From assembly GCA_039585935.1 (NCBI GenBank), contig JBDGUY010000008.1:1-39731 (forward strand): DNA of 39,731 bases, written 5' to 3'. Under the pieces are notes generated by a model. The model was not told the DNA's origin. It searched no databases and saw only the letters and a program-made list of their open reading frames with translations. Source of the stretch: Gemmatimonadota bacterium (GTDB lineage: Bacteria; Gemmatimonadota; Gemmatimonadetes; Palauibacterales; Palauibacteraceae). Of this stretch, positions 37,393-39,731 are shown piece after piece. The position numbers were made by a program, and so were the translations under genes. Within the stretch, counting starts at the first letter, position 1. Every line of letters starts with the position of its first letter.

Positions 37393-38490
37393 GTGAACCG
37401 ACGGGAGGAAGACCGGGAGACGACGACCGGGACTCATGCCGATTTGCTCGGCATGACACCGGAGCGCGCCCGTCGGATTCTGCGTAACTGCCTGCATGAG
37501 TGGGCTGAGCCCGAGTATCGCGCGGACCAGATTCTTTCGTGGACCTGGGGAAGACGCGCTGATTCCTTTGCCGAGATGACAGATCTTCCGGCGGATCTCC
37601 GCGATCGACTCGCGTCGACATTCCGCCTTTCCTCTGCCACTCGCTCGTTCGAGGCCCGGTCGACCGATGGAACGATCAAGCACCTGTGGCGCCTGGACGA
37701 CGGCGAACAGGTCGAATCCGTGTTGATTCCTGTCGACGATCGAGTGACTCTCTGCCTGTCGTCTCAGGCCGGGTGTGCTCTCGGATGCCGCTTCTGCGCC
37801 ACGGGTGACCTGGGATTCACCCGCCAATTGCGGACGGCCGAGATCGTCGAACAGTATCGGAATGCCGATCGGATCTCGGTCGAAGCGTTTGGCAAGTCCA
37901 TAGCCAACGTCGTGTATATGGGAATGGGTGAGCCGTTCGCAAACCTCGAACCGGTCCTGGAGTCGCTGACGGTATTGAACGGTGGGTTCGATTTCGGTGC
38001 ACGGCGGATCACGGTATCGACCGTGGGACTGATCCCGGGGATCCGGGCGCTCGCGAGCCGGCCCGAGCCATTTCGCCTTGCTGTGTCTCTGCATTCGGCC
38101 GACCCGCAGCTGCGAGCAGAGCTCATGCCGGTTGAGCGGCGCTATCCGCTCGACGAACTGCTGGCTGCCGTGCGCGACTACCAGGCGCGCAAGGCGCGAC
38201 GCGTATCGTTCGAGTACGCGATGATAGATGGAGTGAACGACAGTGTGGAGCTGGCGCGGGAGCTGGTATCAAGACTGAAGGGGATCTCGAGCTACGTGAA
38301 CCTGATTCCCTACAATCCGATACCTGGAAAGTCCTGGGGCCCGAGCCCGCCCGACCGGATCAACGCATTCCTGTCTGTTCTCGAGTCCGCAGGGATGCGG
38401 GCTGCCGTTCGAACGCCTCGTGCTCGCGACATTGCTGCCGCGTGCGGACACCTTCGACTCGAACGAGAGCTCAGCGAGGCTCGTCCGTAG
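37393..38490 (+). CDS. rlmN: 23S rRNA/tRNA (adenine-C2)-methyltransferase RlmN (radical SAM)
   Basis: GTG 37393 with SD GGAGGAG 8 nt upstream. YRADQILSW, TLCLSSQAGCALGCRFCATG (CxxxCxxC), NVVYMGMGEPFAN, ITVSTVG, LAVSLHS, YAMIDGVNDS, VNLIPYNP. The first 166 codons of the 531-aa track ORF are antisense to ptsN. Confidence 0.9.
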   Translation: MNRREEDRETTTGTHADLLGMTPERARRILRNCLHEWAEPEYRADQILSWTWGRRADSFAEMTDLPADLRDRLASTFRLSSATRSFEARSTDGTIKHLWRLDDGEQVESVLIPVDDRVTLCLSSQAGCALGCRFCATGDLGFTRQLRTAEIVEQYRNADRISVEAFGKSIANVVYMGMGEPFANLEPVLESLTVLNGGFDFGARRITVSTVGLIPGIRALASRPEPFRLAVSLHSADPQLRAELMPVERRYPLDELLAAVRDYQARKARRVSFEYAMIDGVNDSVELARELVSRLKGISSYVNLIPYNPIPGKSWGPSPPDRINAFLSVLESAGMRAAVRTPRARDIAAACGHLRLERELSEARP

Positions 38491-38944
38491 GCGATTCACC
38501 CTCGACCAGCGTACGCCAGTCGTCTCCGAGGATCACGGTGGCATCGAGATACAGCTCGGAGTCGAGTTCCTCCCGGATTTCGGCTCCTCGCAGCGCTGCT
38601 GAAACGGCTCCAGCCGCGCCAGGCCGACCTGAGCGATCCAGGACAATCGTCTGCTCGTAGTCGTAGCGGGCGGCGTTGCCGTACGTCTTCACGTCGAACC
38701 CGGCGGTGCGCAGCGCCTCCGTGATCCGGGCAGCCGCCCCCGGATCACCGGCGCCGTTCAGCACTTCAACCCGGACCCGTCTCTGTTGTTCGTCGAATGC
38801 AATGTCGGACCCGGAATTGGCAGTTGCCGCAGGGGGCTGCGATTTGTCGGGCTCAGATCGGGTTTCCAGGAGGAACGACGCGGCCAGTGCCCCGCCGACG
38901 AGCAGCAAGCCGAGCGCAAGACCCAGCCGGGCCCTGACGCTCAT
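38471..38944 (-). CDS. LytR_C-domain protein (membrane-anchored)
   Basis: 157 aa. TM LGLALGLLLVGGALAASFLL, then VRVEVLNGAGDPGAAARITEALRTAGFDV...GNA......T.V, typical of the LytR C-terminal domain. ATGA overlap with yqeK. Confidence 0.7.
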   Translation of the reverse strand: MSVRARLGLALGLLLVGGALAASFLLETRSEPDKSQPPAATANSGSDIAFDEQQRRVRVEVLNGAGDPGAAARITEALRTAGFDVKTYGNAARYDYEQTIVLDRSGRPGAAGAVSAALRGAEIREELDSELYLDATVILGDDWRTLVEGESPTDEPR

Positions 38945-39516
38945 GAGGTCACCAGCCGATTCCAGAACAATAGCGAGGCAGGGAGCACCGGCGCTCCCTG
39001 GTCCAGCTGCAGCATGATTCGACGGCGCAGCACCTCGCGAAGCACCGCCTCTCGGTCGGCAGGAAGGCGCTCCCTGAGCGCGTCTCGCTCGGCAGCCATG
39101 AACCGGCGTCCCGGGTCGAGGAAGTCAGCCATGTAGAGGTACTCGCCGAGCAATCCGAACTCGGGATGGCCGGTCGAATGGTACGTAATCGCGAGGAGTA
39201 GCTCTTCATCCATCACGCCGTCAGCGCGAAGACGAGTCGCGCATGCCGGGGCATGCAGGAGCGGTTCGGGCCATCCGGATTCCGCCAGCGATTCGAGACT
39301 CTCCAATGGAGCATCCTTCAACGCGTCGTGGAGGTGGCCGGCGGCGGTCCAGCGAACGATCTCGTCGCCTCCAAGTCCCAGGTTCGTCGCCCAGCTCGAC
39401 ATCAGGTCCGCCACGCGCGCCGCGTGCGCCCGGCGACGCGGTCCGCACCTGGCCCAATCCGGCAGCGCTCCGGACTGACCGGCTGCCTCGACGAGAGGAT
39501 GAAGTTCCGTCACCAC
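38941..39516 (-). CDS. yqeK: HD-domain bis(5'-nucleosyl)-tetraphosphatase YqeK
   Basis: H..RVADLM...A..LGL, AAGHLHDALKD, LLHAPACATRL, AITYHSTGHPEFGLLGEYLYMADFLDPGR, FWNRLV align with the YqeK pattern. Start uncertain: GTG 39516 gives 191 aa (typical length), while GTG 39618 would add an Arg-rich 34 aa. Confidence 0.75.
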   Translation of the reverse strand: MVTELHPLVEAAGQSGALPDWARCGPRRRAHAARVADLMSSWATNLGLGGDEIVRWTAAGHLHDALKDAPLESLESLAESGWPEPLLHAPACATRLRADGVMDEELLLAITYHSTGHPEFGLLGEYLYMADFLDPGRRFMAAERDALRERLPADREAVLREVLRRRIMLQLDQGAPVLPASLLFWNRLVTS

Positions 39517-39650
39517 GTCCGTTTGCTTCCCAAGGAGTTCCGACGACGTTGTCGCGATCCCGAAGAATCGGGAATATAGGTTGTGACGTGCGACGCGCGA
39601 ACGAACCCGGACGGGCACTCCGCCCGCCAGGGGCCTGCAACAGGAGACGA

Positions 39651-39731
39651 ATGGCGATCCGCTACGATTCCGTGCTCGTCGGCGCCCTCGCGGGCGAACT
39701 CGCGAGGAAGCTGGTCGGCTGCCGCCTCGAG
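39651..39731 (+). CDS. partial CDS (first 27 codons): possible NFACT/FbpA-N (RqcH-like) protein
   Basis: Not in the ORF track (runs off the right edge). ATG 39651 has SD AGGAGA 3 nt upstream. MAIRYDSVLVGALAGELARKLVGCRLE resembles the NFACT-N start (M.FDg..l.a...EL...L.g.ri). Very short, so tentative. Confidence 0.4.
   Translation, partial: MAIRYDSVLVGALAGELARKLVGCRLE

Noticed and set aside
38471-38490. 20-nt convergent overlap of the rlmN and LytR_C gene 3' ends
   Set aside because: The overlap is real, but it is a common consequence of compact high-GC genomes. There is no additional structure, so it is not noteworthy.

Overview
GC-rich (by eye, roughly mid-60s % GC) bacterial chromosomal segment, densely coding (about 45 genes). 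I found no rRNA, tRNA, CRISPR array, transposase or integrase. All calls come from reading the ORF translations and the DNA by eye; no database search was possible.

Gene order, left to right:
(1) Minus-strand nfeD-floA membrane-microdomain operon plus a low-complexity membrane-anchored ORF.
(2) Plus-strand, translationally coupled 7-gene acyl-CoA catabolic operon: crotonase, aldehyde dehydrogenase, PaaJ/PcaF-like thiolase, crotonase, GNAT, 3-hydroxyacyl-CoA dehydrogenase, crotonase.
(3) Minus-strand rng-rplU-rpmA, where L21 carries an unusual C-terminal extension ending in a peripheral-subunit-binding-domain-like module.
(4) An acyl-CoA dehydrogenase and a secreted repeat protein.
(5) An accessory-looking patch: a recQ-family helicase broken by an internal deletion plus frameshift; a small operon encoding a membrane-anchored CxxC thioredoxin-fold protein followed by two tandem paralogous signal-peptide 6-Cys mini-proteins; and two convergent unknown membrane proteins.
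(6) A long minus-strand metabolic cluster: meaB, a split B12 mutase with the isobutyryl-CoA-mutase Phe/Gln signature, an acyl-CoA carboxylase beta subunit, a split AtuA (DUF1446 plus small partner), and a crotonase.
(7) An HExxH lipoprotein.
(8) phoH-pgpH-ybeY-DUF502-mgtE.
(9) aspS-vanZ.
(10) A ptsN whose conserved N-terminus has no canonical start codon.
(11) rlmN, a LytR_C protein, yqeK, and the first 27 codons of an NFACT/RqcH-like gene.

Many adjacent genes overlap by 1-4 nt (ATGA, GTGA, TTGA, TGATG), indicating operons. The many long Arg/Pro/Gly-rich ORFs antisense or out of frame to these genes are high-GC shadow ORFs. The most interesting candidate for an undescribed system is the thioredoxin-like plus twin 6-Cys secreted mini-protein operon at 16857-17929.
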